Assembly: GCF_018350175.1 (NCBI RefSeq)
Contig: NC_058368.1
Location: 66,962,001-67,026,000 of the forward strand
Source: Felis catus
Taxonomy: Eukaryota
DNA: 64,000 nt
Direction of reading: 5' to 3'
Within the stretch, counting starts at the first letter, position 1. Each line of letters starts with the position of its first letter. The notes under the pieces were generated by a model, which worked only from the letters and a program-made list of their open reading frames with translations, did not search any database and was not told where the DNA came from. The position numbers were made by a program, and so were the translations under genes. Shown one piece after another: positions 26,949-38,571 of this stretch.

Positions 26949-28005
26949 CCATATGTAAGATGTTGTGGAAGAACTGAGGGTCTCGCAGAGGCAGATGCAT
27001 TAGAAGTGACTGAAAATGAGACTTTCACCAGCCAAGTGACAGAAGGGAAGGGTCTCTTGAGACAGAGGGGCAGTGGGTGCATGCTGGGGACAGGGTGCAA
27101 TGGAAAAACCTACACAGTACTTATTTGGGGGCACTGCTCATGTTAGGAGTTGAGGCTGGAGAGGTAGGTGGGGAAAGAGCTTCCCATGGCCTTGTCTATT
27201 CTGGTTTCACTGCTTCTTCAAGAGCCCAATCTGGTCTGGGAAGAGGGACCCAAGTCTCGCTGCTGGCAGACTTAGACGGTGGCAAGTCTGTTCTCTGTGT
27301 ATCATCCCTTGTCCCTTTCGGTTGCCTTTCATCAACTTTGAGCAAGTCTCTGAGCCCTTTACTGCCTCCCGCTAGGGGCTCTGACTCTTGAGCCCTGACT
27401 GGGTCACAGATTCTGGGCTCTTCTCTGGTGGCTGAGAGCTGGCCTGCAGTCCCAGCTCCAGGGGACCTGGGCCTTGATACGGCTCCAGCAGCAGCTTGTC
27501 CAGGCTGGGAGCTACTGGGGGCCCCGTAGGGATCAGATCCGTGTGTGGGAAAGAAGCACTCTATGGGTAGAAGGATGGGGGGGTTGGTTATAGGAGGGCA
27601 AGTCTGGAAAGGGACAGGGATGGAGGGCCGTAAACAGAGACCACCACGGGAAGGAAGAGGAGGATGTGAGAAATACAAAGCAGTAAGAATAGGTGGGAAC
27701 CAGAAACTGAAGTGTGAGTGACGAGGAGCTCCCAAGTCTCAGGCACGAAGAATCATATTTCAGAGAGTGTCCTGGCTCAGCCCACCAAGCACCACGAGGC
27801 AGCTCACAACACGAGGCAAAGTAATGCTGGCATCCCCGTTCCGTGGTCAGTTTCCAGGCAAGATTTACCAGTAATATCATCCGGTCTAATTTATATCCAC
27901 AGAGACACAAGGAGTCCCCCTGACGCGTGACCAGAAAGCCTGCAGGTGGATGAAGGGTTAAATCTGTAACTGAAATTGTCAAGAGGCAAGATGGTTTCAA
28001 CAAAC

Positions 28006-28197
28006 CTTCTCCCTTGGTTTAATGAGCGCTGTCACGTGCTTCAACACCAGAGGCCCGTCTAAACTGTATGTGAAGTTAACATTATCAAAGACAATCATGC
28101 CTTCTTGGGGCCAGGTCGGTGGAGGGTGGTTCTGATATTCCCAAGGGGCTTCTTTCTCAAGGTCTGTATATTCAATCACCCTTTCTACTGAAATCAT
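28006..28197 (-). CDS. ABCC4: ABCC4 exon 25 (192 nt): [64 protein letters not shown]
   Basis: SVERxxEY and WPxxG linker typical of ABCC proteins. Acceptor tttcag|ATG; donor AAG|gtttgt. Confidence 0.97.
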
Positions 28198-28593
28198 CTG
28201 AAAGACACAGGACATCACATGGGTTAGGAAGGGAGGTTCTCATCCATGTTAAGAGACTGTAAAATGAAATGCTCTTTGATACTAGCTAGTTAAGTGTATC
28301 TCAGGTGCCAATACCCCCAAAGGCGGCATCTGATGAGGACTGATGCAATTTACACACCTGTTCATAGTCTTGTAACACTTTCACTTATGGCTACTTCCTT
28401 CAGCATTACATTAAAACTACAAGAATTAGAGAAGTAAATCCTGAGATTTTATTTTTCCACTTTTCACACCTGAACAAAAAAACCAAGGATTTTGTCAAAG
28501 AAAGGAACACTTGTGGCCAACCATCTGCAATCTTGCTACAGAAGAGCCATCTGTTTTAGGGGAGTTGAACTGCCTAAGTCATCAAAAAAAAAC

Positions 28594-29022
28594 TTTTTTT
28601 TTTTTTTTTTGAGAGAGAGAGAGAGGGAGGGAGGAAGGGAGAGGGAGAACGAACAAGCTGAGAGAGGTATACAATATTAAGCAGGCTCCACACTGAGTTC
28701 AGAGCCCAACATGGGTCTCGATCCCTTGACCCTGGGATCATTGACACCTGAGCCGAAATCAAAAGTTGGGCGTTCAACCAACTGAGCCACCCAGGCGCCC
28801 CCATCAAACTCATTTTAGGGATGCCTGGGTGGTTCAGTCAGTTGAGCGTCCGACTCTTGATTTTGGCTCAGGTCATGGTCTCACAGTTCATGAGTTCGAG
28901 CCCCGTGTCAGGCTCTAGGCTGCCAGCACAGAGCCTGCTTGGGATTCTCTCTCTCCTTCTCTCTCTGCCCTTCCCCTACTCATGCTCTCTCTCTCAAAAT
29001 AAATAAATAAAAATTTTTTTTT
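28594..29022. mobile_element. Head-to-head inverted CAN-SINE pair (28594-28801 minus; 28818-29022 plus)
   Basis: …ccaggcgcccc catcaaactcatttta gggatgcctgggtgg…. Confidence 0.9.
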
Positions 29023-29716
29023 AAATCTCATTTTCATGATCAGTCACTTTCTACTCTGTTAGAAGAGCACGCTGGAAAGATTTCTCTTTCATTTGTCTTC
29101 TCATTTCCCTTCAGGAGAAGGTGCAACTATTCCAAAGAGGAAAGAATTTACTTACTAAGGCCTCCTGAACAACCATCTCGACACCTTTGCCTAGCATATT
29201 CTGAGAAGGAGCTTACCCTACCAGAAAGAAGGGACATCAGCAAATTCAGGTGCTCAAAAACATACAAGAATAAATGCTAAAATGAGGCAGAGGGAGGGTA
29301 GGCACGCAAGGGGAGATACCTACCTATTCATTAAACGAACCACCTCAAAATACTGAATTCTTTTATCAGGAATGAGGAATTACCCATTAAGAAGCAAAAA
29401 TAAATAGGCCTCTAAGAAATTAGCTTATATCCTCTCCAGGACTTCAGAACCTCCCTCCTACAGAGAGAACATTTATTACATTTGAAGACAGCTTGCGGTG
29501 AATCTAAAACCCGCTGACATAGCACACAGAAGACTGAGGAAAAGATGTGTATATTTTATTTTACACTAACTTTAAACAGATGGAAGAAGGATCTGAAAAA
29601 CTTGGGTTAGCTCCGATGTAAAAATAACAGTTTTAATATTTTACATAAGAAGTGCTTTCATGCCCTTTAATGGCAGGGAGACTTGAAAAGGCTAAGAACG
29701 TAAAGATAAACATTAC

Positions 29717-29817
29717 CATATTCTCCACTTCGGCGCTCTGCCTGACGCACCACTGGAACATCCCCATGAGTGTCAGGGCGTAGGACAACGCCAGGCCAAC
29801 CTGCCCGGCATCTAAAG
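29717..29817 (-). CDS. ABCC4: ABCC4 exon 24 (101 nt): (T)[33 protein letters not shown], last TM helix
   Basis: Strong polypyrimidine acceptor ttttag|CT; donor ATG|gtaatg. The QWCVRQ motif is intact. Confidence 0.97.
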
Positions 29818-30778
29818 CTAAAATAGGAAGGAGAAGGGAAATCAAATCAGTCCCATTCTTAATCCCGAGTACAGGTCCTCCTCTCACTCTACCAAAACGA
29901 CTCCTTTGTAATACGTAAATACTTGACACATGATGATAGTAATAGTTATACTTTTACTATCTGATGACTAAGACCATAAGACAATAAAAAAAAAAAAACA
30001 ACACTATAAATTCAGAAAGACTGTTAAGTGAGTTTATGAACTCCAACAGGACTGACAAACACCTGACAGTATTGCATAGGTGACAAACAATGTCATTATT
30101 CAGACTTTTGGCATTACTGTTTCAAGAATCATTACGTAATTTCACTTTCTACATCCAATGCGACCACAGTTAGAAACCACTAAAAACAAGGCAATGGGTT
30201 CTGAGAGCCAGCCTTGAAATCTAAAATACTACTCTCACTGTTCCATTATTAATACTGTGATTCAGTGCTGTCACAATGGAATAGTCAGGGGTAGCAAATT
30301 CACCCCCTGCACACCAACACCTGCTCATGTGGTGCCCACCTGGTGGGGAGCATAGCATTCTCTCCTGCTGAATGGCTTTCTCAACCCACTGTACCAGGCT
30401 TGTATGCCCAAGAGATCCTAGCAGCTCTCAAGTTAAAACCTAAAGCCCTAAGCTGGACAAAACACTTAACGGAAAACTTGGTTCTCTCCATATTCTCCAG
30501 ACACTTCCCCAGGAAAGTACAAAAAGTTAGCTGCTACACTCACATGGTCCCCAACCTATGCAAAGATAAAAGAAACTCATCAGGGTCCAAATAAACACTC
30601 TACACAGACCACACAGCAGAATCACACCCAGCCCAACACACCGCGAATGCTTTAATGCGATCCGTTAGAACAAGACAGTATATGGTATTGGACAAGGTGG
30701 TAAGGTTTAATTTAATAACTGTAAACGCAGCTATAAATTGTAATCATGCCACAAATAGTTATTCACATCTGTACTTAC

Positions 30779-30889
30779 TTTTTGCCAGAATCAGGGACCC
30801 AAAGGCAACGACAATGACAAAGATGGCGCAGATGGCATCCAGACGCACGGCGAACCATCGGGACGTAGTCAGAAACAAGAACCATGCCT
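30779..30889 (-). CDS. ABCC4: ABCC4 exon 23 (111 nt): (E)[36 protein letters not shown]
   Basis: Acceptor acccag|AG GCA TGG; donor A|gtaagt; phase 1-1. Read by hand. Confidence 0.96.
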
Positions 30890-31135
30890 CTGGGTTTGCG
30901 AAGCATAATAAGCAAAATGAATAAGCCAAAAAACCATGTTAATTACCTTGAACGCAGGAGAACACTTTGCCTGGTTGAGCTACACGAGAATTTTACACAA
31001 CATGGAGATCAAAGCTGCACACCTAAGGAACCAGAAGGTTCCAGAAAGCCAACTTCTGACACAAAGCAATGTACGGTACAGGCAGGAATTGGTACAGTGG
31101 CTTTGTGGGAGGCATGCATTGAAAAATTCAACCGA

Positions 31136-31348
31136 GGGGCACTTGGGTGGCTCAGTCGTTAGTTAAGGCATCCAACTCTTGATCTCAGCTCAGGTCACGA
31201 TCTCATGGTTCGTGGAACTGAGCCCACAGCATGGTCTGTACTGACAGTGTGGAGCCTGCTTGGGATTCTCTCTCCCTCTCTCTCTGCCCCACCCCCACTC
31301 ACACTTGCTCACTCTATAAATTAAAATAAACTTTAAAAAAAAGAAAAG
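31136..31348 (+). mobile_element. CAN-SINE
   Basis: TSD aaaattcaac. Confidence 0.88.
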
Positions 31349-31682
31349 GAAAATTCAACTCAGAGGTTATAAGTAGAAATAGGATAATAAAAACTTCGGA
31401 AAAATGGGCTCATCAGTACCTTTCTTAGAGTGCCAGGCTCAACATGAAGCTTATCCTCTCATGTGGTTTACTGTTCCCAGCTGATAACAGACAGCAAAAC
31501 CTCCACTTTGTTTTCAGTACTTTCCATACTTACTATGGGGTCCTGCACACAGTGTTTATTACTTAGGAGCCAGTATCTCAAGGATCATCTTGCTAAAAGT
31601 TCCCACATCAAGTAGGTAGCAAATCTGACAATCAGGAAACTGATTTCCTCAGCAACTTCTGTCACCCTGAATGCTCTCAAAA

Positions 31683-31908
31683 TAAGAGTTGGCAAACTAC
31701 AGCCTGTAGGCCAAACATGGCCCACCACCTGTTTTTGTAAATAAAGTTTTATTTGAACACAGCTATGGTCATTTGCTGATATACTATGTTTGGCTGTGTG
31801 TTCCTGTTATAATAGCAACGCTGAATTGCTACAATAGATAACATGGTACACAAAGCCTAAAACGTTTCCTATCTGGACCCTTAACAAAAAAAAGTCCATT
31901 GACCCCTG
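31683..31908. mobile_element. MER58A (hAT-Charlie MITE)
   Basis: gttggcaaactacagcctgtaggccaaa…ctgtttttgtaaataaagttttattt…aaagcctaaaa…tatctggaccctt…gacccctg. Confidence 0.85.
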
Positions 31909-32170
31909 CCCTAAAGGGACAGAAAGTGATGGAAGGACAATGCAAGCCACTGGGGGTAGGGGGGATGGGGGAAGCAGTGGTGTGACAGGGGGAAGGGGGA
32001 ACACACAGGGGATTCTGAGAGGAGTCATGGCCCAGGGGAGAGGACAAAGACATGCTGAGGAAGGATGTGGGGCTGGGCCAGTGGTGAAACAGACAGAGAG
32101 GTGCTGCCCAGCAAGACCAAGAGAGGGGGCATATCCCGTTCTTTGAAACCATTTCCAGAAACTCACAGAC

Positions 32171-32290
32171 CTGAATGCAAATCCTGGTGTGCGTCAAACA
32201 GTTCCTGGAACCTCTCTTCAGCTTCATATGCCCGGATGGTCCAAAGTCCCTGGAGAGACGACGATAAGTGGGAAAACACCGGGCTCCGTG
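32171..32290 (-). CDS. ABCC4: ABCC4 exon 22 (120 nt): (T)[39 protein letters not shown]
   Basis: Acceptor ccccag|CA CGG AGC; donor TCA G|gtctgt; RSPxFSH…GLxTIRA motif of ABCC proteins. Confidence 0.96.
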
Positions 32291-34051
32291 CTGGGGAGGC
32301 AGACAGACAGAAAGTCGGTGAGGCCGGACTGAGGAGAGCACCTGACTCTCATGCTGTGTGGCCACACATCCCACTCAATGGCACACCCAGAGCTTCTGGA
32401 CGGGCTGCCCAGGGGAGAAGGGACGATGCCCTTCCTGGAGAGGGAACAAACACGTCAGCCCTCAAACTCCTGGTCACACTGCGCTTCCCTTTAACGACCC
32501 GAAAACACAAGTTTCTCTTTGAACCTATCTTTGACAAAATTCAAATCATGGCTAGATTTAAATAACTAAATTCTTTCTTTGCTAACTCATTTGTCCAAGG
32601 TCCTCCTCCAATGTGGCCTTCCTCCAGAACTCTTCCCTGACAGCCTTCTGCAAGGAAATTCTGTTCAGGAATTTTTGAGTCGCTAACGTTCTTACACTGA
32701 ATTCTGCTACAGTTCTCACCACACGGAATCATGGTTTGCTCCACCTGTGACTATTAAGGACTGGGATCTAGTCAGTATGTCCCTGAAATGGTAACAGGTT
32801 GGTGAGAAGTTCGGTGAACAGCCAGTCCCGCTCCTGCGTCAAGAATCTCTTTCTGGGTGACGGAGAACGCAGGTATTGCAGTGCCCTTGCACCCACGGGG
32901 CCTGTGCAGCCACAGGGTCTTTGAATAGCTTTGACTTTGGCTGGAGGCAACTCCCCTGCTGGACACCTAGCCTGTGGAGGTCACGGCATGACAGTGACAT
33001 AACTCTTTCAAAACCTGACCATGGACTTAGTGGCCATTCTCTTTTGAGTAACTTCATGCTGGTTTGGGGCCTGAGGTCACATGACCAGCCATCTGTTTCC
33101 CTGCCATCTCCTCTAAGAGCACCCTGTGTGTCAGCACCAGGGGCTGGCTCCTGCCCACCAGGGAGGTGTTGGGCAGGGATGGTCACGTCCGGCTTGCATC
33201 CCCCACCATAAATAAGGCCATGACCAGCTGTTGTCAAGGGCAGGACTGTGAGTCTGTGGCCTCTGTCTGGGCCTCTGTGCACCTGGGTGTTCAGGGGAAG
33301 GGCAGATCACTTATCTCCTGAGACACTACAGAAGTTTTATAAAATGACGGACAGAAACAATTCAGAGAAAAACTCAAACTTATTTCAGAGACTGATCCTT
33401 AGCCTGGCATCTGAACGCCTGTGTGTGACAGTTCAGTCACATGGGCACCACATGTATGGGGGACAGGGATGCTGGGCACCAATGTGCAGACACAGAACCT
33501 CCTCTTGGAGCTTAGTGTCCACAGCTCCTCAGGCAAGGAGGAGGAAGGCTTCCCCACAAAAGACAGTGGGGCTCAGCAAAGATGGGACGCCCTGGGCTGT
33601 GGGCCTGCTGTCCACCTCCTCCACTGCGGACCTCTTTCCTGAGATACTGACTGAGGACATTAACTGTTAGGGGCCCGTGCCTGTGACGCTCCTTTAAGGA
33701 AAAAGACCTTCTCTGAACCGAGGCATGACCTAACATTTCCCCCTGTATCTACTTCCGGCAAAGAGCCTTAAGTGATTCGGTGGTGGTTTTGACCGTCCAG
33801 TTGTATGTTTGTGATCTAGCACCCATACCACTCTCTCCCTTCATTTATACTGAGTCATTTTTAGCCTTTATTCATTTTAGCTTCCTTTAAGTTTGTACTT
33901 TTAAGGCAGTAATATGAACATAAGGGGACTGAGTTCACGTCCCAAAGAAGAAAGGCTGCAAGCTCCGAATAGGCCTTTTTTGCACTTCTCAGCACATGTC
34001 CCAGTCTGTCCCCCAAGACGTGGTCAATGTGGAAACAGGGTGCTTCCCAGG

Positions 34052-34062
34052 ATGACTCAGCA
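34052..34062 (+). promoter_or_regulatory. Consensus ARE / NF-E2 (CNC-sMaf) motif ATGACTCAGCA
   Basis: Exact match to RTGACTCAGCA with an A-rich 3' flank. Motif only; function untested. Confidence 0.4.
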
Positions 34063-35198
34063 AAGTTCCAGAGTTCCTATCAAGAAAGTACTTACAGTCC
34101 AGCTCCAGGAAACACCAAGAACTCACTAGAACCATGTTCTTATTTCTTGAGCAAACGGTGTGATATAAACAGTTTCATCACAGAGAACGTTTCTAAGAAG
34201 GAAGGAGATGTGGCTACTGACTCAGGGAGAGTCCTTGAATGAAATGCTTCAGCATGGCCACCCCCACCCGTGTCCCTCGTCAGGAGATCAAGGTTGCAGT
34301 TGATTTTCTCTGGCAGGGTTTCAGAGCAGGGTTGACTTTAGAAATCAGGGGTCGTCCAGCTTTGAAAATCAGTGAACCCAGAGACCCCACCACTAACTTT
34401 ACCTCACATCCAAGAGTTCCAGGGGTACAGCAGGAATCTGCCCCTGAGAAAAGCTATCCTGTCTCTCTCACACCCTACTTAGGACTGAGTGGGATGCTAG
34501 GATGAGTGAGTTGGAGGGTCTGCAAAGAAAATTAACTGGCACAGAGGGAAACAGAGTGCCAAGGCTCTGGTATGTTCTCTTGCCCAATGTAATGCCTTTT
34601 CCCCCACAAGGATCGAGCTAGCTATCCTGAAGTAGATCCCTATAGCACCCATGGTGTTAGCCAGCAGTCACAGGCAAATGCAACCCTACGTTTCACAAAG
34701 CGGACACAAGACTGACGACTGTGTGTCCCATGACCCTGAGGACTCTTTGGGACAGACCCCTCCCCAAGAGGGAGAAGGCAGTAGCTGCTTCAAGGACCTG
34801 ACAGCCATGCTATGGCTTATCATTTACATTATGTGAGGCCTGCTGGTTGTTATGTCCTTAATTCCCTCACGTTCAAGGTTCTAGCACCTTTCCGAGTGGC
34901 CAGGAAATACTTTACAGGCATCAACTCACAAGACCCTTGCAAGAGTCCCACAGGGCAGGTGTTGCTATATCTTAGAGGGAAAAACAGGCAGAAGGATTAA
35001 GAGCACTGGCCAAGATGAAGTAAATTAACCCAAGTGGTAGAACTGGGGGGTCAGACCAAACTCTTATTCCCAAGGCTGTGCTTTTAATCACTGCCACAGT
35101 GTCTCAGACAGAAAATAATCAGGTTAAAGATGCCAATGTGTGACTAAATGCAGTTTTCTCCAGACTTTGTAGTTTACGATTAGAAAAACCCCAAAATC

Positions 35199-35360
35199 AG
35201 GGTGCCTGGGTGGCTCAGATGGTTAAGTGTCCGGTGTTTGATTTTGGCTCAGGTCATGATCTCACAGTTTGTGAGTTCAAGCCCCGCATCAGGCTCTGTG
35301 CTGAGAAGCGTAGAGCCTACTTGGGATTCTCTCTCTCACTCTCTCTCAAAAACAAACATT
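35199..35360 (+). mobile_element. CAN-SINE whose tail has turned into a (GAA)n(GGA)n tract
   Basis: TSD aaaaccccaaaatca on both sides. Confidence 0.88.
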
Positions 35361-35424
35361 AGAAGAAGAAGAAGAAGAAGAAGAAGAAGAAGAAGAAGAA
35401 GGAGGAGGAGGAGGAGGAGGAGGA
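35361..35424 (+). repeat. (GAA)13(GGA)8 microsatellite
   Basis: Read directly. Confidence 0.97.
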
Positions 35425-36712
35425 AAGAAAACCCCAAAATCAAACTTAGTGATTATCCAATAGCCTTATCCATTATCATACAGATTAAGCACCTTCAGTT
35501 GAACAGTCCCTGGAAATCCATCATGAGAACTTACAACAGCAGAATCGAGAGTCAGTCAATGGTCTGAAACACGTGGCACACATTTAACTCTCCCCAGCGA
35601 TGCCCATGGCAGACACTGCTAATTGATCACAGTACCCTTACACATGGAATTTGGATGTGGCTGCATAACTCAGACATTGCTAACCGATCAAGCAGATCCT
35701 GATTTGCCTGAACGATGCTACCATGCTCACTTTTGCAAAAATGGAAACTCATTACAATCAACTGCGTATTTGTCAGTAAGGTAGTTTAAATGCCAGCCTG
35801 AGGTTTCAGAGGCAGCTAGGCAATAGGATCTGAAAATAATCCTCCGGACCTTCAGAGTCCTTTCAAAGCACAAGGATGAAGCAGATTTATATAGCCAGAG
35901 CAATCAGGTATCCTCTTTTTGTCCTCCTTTTTCCTGGTGGCTCCAGCAATGGCCTCAAGAAATACTATCACTGCTTAGAGAAAACAATAGAACTGCTATT
36001 TATGGCACAGACCCACAAACCAGACAGATGACAACAAACAGTTCTAATCAACTGACCACCACATTTGGTTATCTGGGAGTGAGGAAGAAGGAATATCTGT
36101 ATTTAAAGTATTGTCACAGCCTACTGGGGTGCAGGCATGTTCACAATATTCCCAAATACCCTAGGGGTCATGCTAAAGTTCTCAAAATCTCCAGATTAAG
36201 CACTGGGAAAATCCTATACTGTTTCTTGAAAAAAGCCTCACGAGGTCCCCTTCCTCCTCTCCATTTCCGCATGGATGGGGAATGGCCCTTGTCCCAGACA
36301 AAAATCTCCACCTTCTTCCAGAGACCTCGTTTAAATAAACCAGAGACCTCCTTTGCAACAAGACTGACTGAAGTCGACAGACTCCATTTCATGAGTGGCC
36401 TCCACTTATAAAATGTCTGGAGCCTTGTTGTCTCCACAAAAGACGGGCTGGAGTTCATCCTTTATTCCTCCGCCTTCTCCAAGCTCCGCCACAGTAACCT
36501 GTTGAGAGACAGGACGGCCCACACTTTGGGACTACACTGCCTGTCGCCCCAAGGCAATGCCTCACAAAACCACACCTCACAGGAGGTCAGCTGGTTCTCT
36601 GACGACTGAGAAGTTTTCCTATAGCTCTTATAAAATCGATGCCCATTATCCTTTATGCAAATGCTAATGACAAATGTCTCTCAAAAATATATTATTAAAA
36701 AAGAAACAAATG

Positions 36713-36881
36713 GGGGGCACCTGGGTGGCTCAGTTGGTTGAGCATCCAACTTCAGCCTAGGTCATGATCTTGCCATTCCCAAGTTTGAGCCCTGCATTGG
36801 GCTCCGTGCTGCAGCTCAGAACCTGGAACCTGTTACAGATTCTGTGTCTCCCTCTCTCATTCCGCCCCTCCCCCACTCATG

Positions 36882-36971
<90 letters not shown>

Positions 36972-37275
36972 AATAAACTCTTAAAAAAAATTAAAAAAAA
37001 AAAAAAAAAAGAAACACATGGGGCACCTGGGTGGCTCAGTCAGTTAAGCGCCCAACTTTGGCTCAGGTCATGATCTCATGATCTCACCACTTCGTGGGTT
37101 CAAGCCCTATGTCAGGCTCTGTGCAGACAGCTAGGAGCCTGGAGCTTGCTTCAGATTCTGTGTCTCCCTCTCTCTCTGCCCCTCCCCTACTTGCACTCTG
37201 TGTGTGTGTGTGTGTGTCTTTCTCTCCCTAATTAAAAAAAAAATTAAATTAAAAAAAAAAACAAAAAAAACAAGA
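36713..37275 (+). mobile_element. Two tandem CAN-SINEs; the first contains a (TG)23(TC)20 microsatellite at 36883-36968
   Basis: Heads at ~36713 and ~37020; A-rich tails. Confidence 0.9.
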
Positions 37276-37729
37276 AATACACACACATGCCATAACAAAA
37301 AAAATCTCTTCTGTCCCAATGAACTTGTATTTTTCCAGACAACCATGAGACCCAATAGGTTTCTCTTCTTAGTCTGGCTTGCAGGAAGCTAAGCTGGTAT
37401 TAATTTGCAGTAACTATCCACAGGGTTGCAGTTTCTGATACAAATATCTTACTTCTTTATGTTTTGGCTGCCATCTTCATTCCTTCTTTCTTGTTTTAAA
37501 TGTAACAATCTACTCTCCTTATGATTTGTCTTACTAATAACGATATACTTTTGTGCATTAATGAGATAAACTCTGAACTATTTCATCTTCTGTGACTACC
37601 CATGTTTTCCCATTATTCCCAAACCAGGAAGCTGAATGGAGAACAAACTAAATGCATACTGAACAGAACCCTCGCCTGGGTCCTCCTAAGGGAATTACAT
37701 CCAGGATCCATTTATAGGAACAGCCTGAG

Positions 37730-37730
<1 letters not shown>

Positions 37731-37774
<44 letters not shown>
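37731..37774 (+). repeat. G44 homopolymer
   Basis: Read directly. Confidence 0.9.
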
Positions 37775-37775
<1 letters not shown>

Positions 37776-38420
37776 GAAGCTTCAAACAGTGTGGCATGAC
37801 AGCAAACACTGGTGATAATAAAGAGTAACACTGAACACAATTGTTTATCTTTACAAAATATTTACCAGCTGTACCTTATTTGCCATTTTTTGAGTATGTG
37901 ATAGTAATCTGTTTTTCAAATGTATCACTTCTGACATAGGAGTATATTTCCCGACACCTCTGCTCCTTTCCCTAATCTTTCCCTTTCTTTGTCATTTCCA
38001 GAACCTTCAAGGAGAGACAAATTCCATTATTTTCCTTCTGTATTTCCAAACTATTTCCAACATGAAATATTTCTTAAAAAAAATTACCTGAGTGCCTGCT
38101 CTATGTTAGGAAGCATGTCATGAGTAAGACAGAAATGGCCCCTGTCCTCACAGTGCTCACGTTCCAGTGGAGCGTCACTACACGTATATCCTCTGTTTCT
38201 TCCTTGTGCTACCCTGCAAAGCTGGGCCTGGCAGGCCACTAGCTCCATGTGCCCTAAGGGCCACTCTGACTCATGGTGGCCATAATATTTGATTATGTAA
38301 CATGAGCTTGGAAAAAATTCTGGAAGAGAGAGTCTGCACAATTTCAGGGGTCTCCTTAATTACAGCATAAATGGAAGTGAGCCCACATCGCCAGTGCAAC
38401 CTGAGAACCTCTGTACTCAC

Positions 38421-38571
38421 TTGTAGATTCCAGGCGTTTGACATCCCTCGATGTTTCTAAGAAATATTGCCGAAGAACAAAGAAAATGATGCCAAAGGGA
38501 ATCAGAAGTATCGCGATCCAAGGAATCACCGCCACTGCAACAGCCACCACACCACAGACTTGCAGAAATGT
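38421..38571 (-). CDS. ABCC4: ABCC4 exon 21 (151 nt): [50 protein letters not shown]
   Basis: Acceptor tttcag|ACA; donor A|gtgagt; hydrophobic TM hairpin followed by SRDVKRLES. Confidence 0.96.

Noticed and set aside
27196..27735. Long ORFs in GC-richer intron sequence (also 31829-32374, 32065-32565, 54335-54829, 58486-58986, 61239-61769, 62649-63137)
   Set aside because: No recognisable domain. Several use non-ATG starts, overlap an ABCC4 exon out of frame or antisense, or overlap L2. The lengths are plausible by chance.
35202..35567. 121-aa ORF with a poly-Arg run (protamine-like appearance)
   Set aside because: It is the translation of a SINE plus the (GAA)n(GGA)n microsatellite, with a non-ATG start.
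37602..37799. ORF with poly-Gly
   Set aside because: Produced by the G44 homopolymer.
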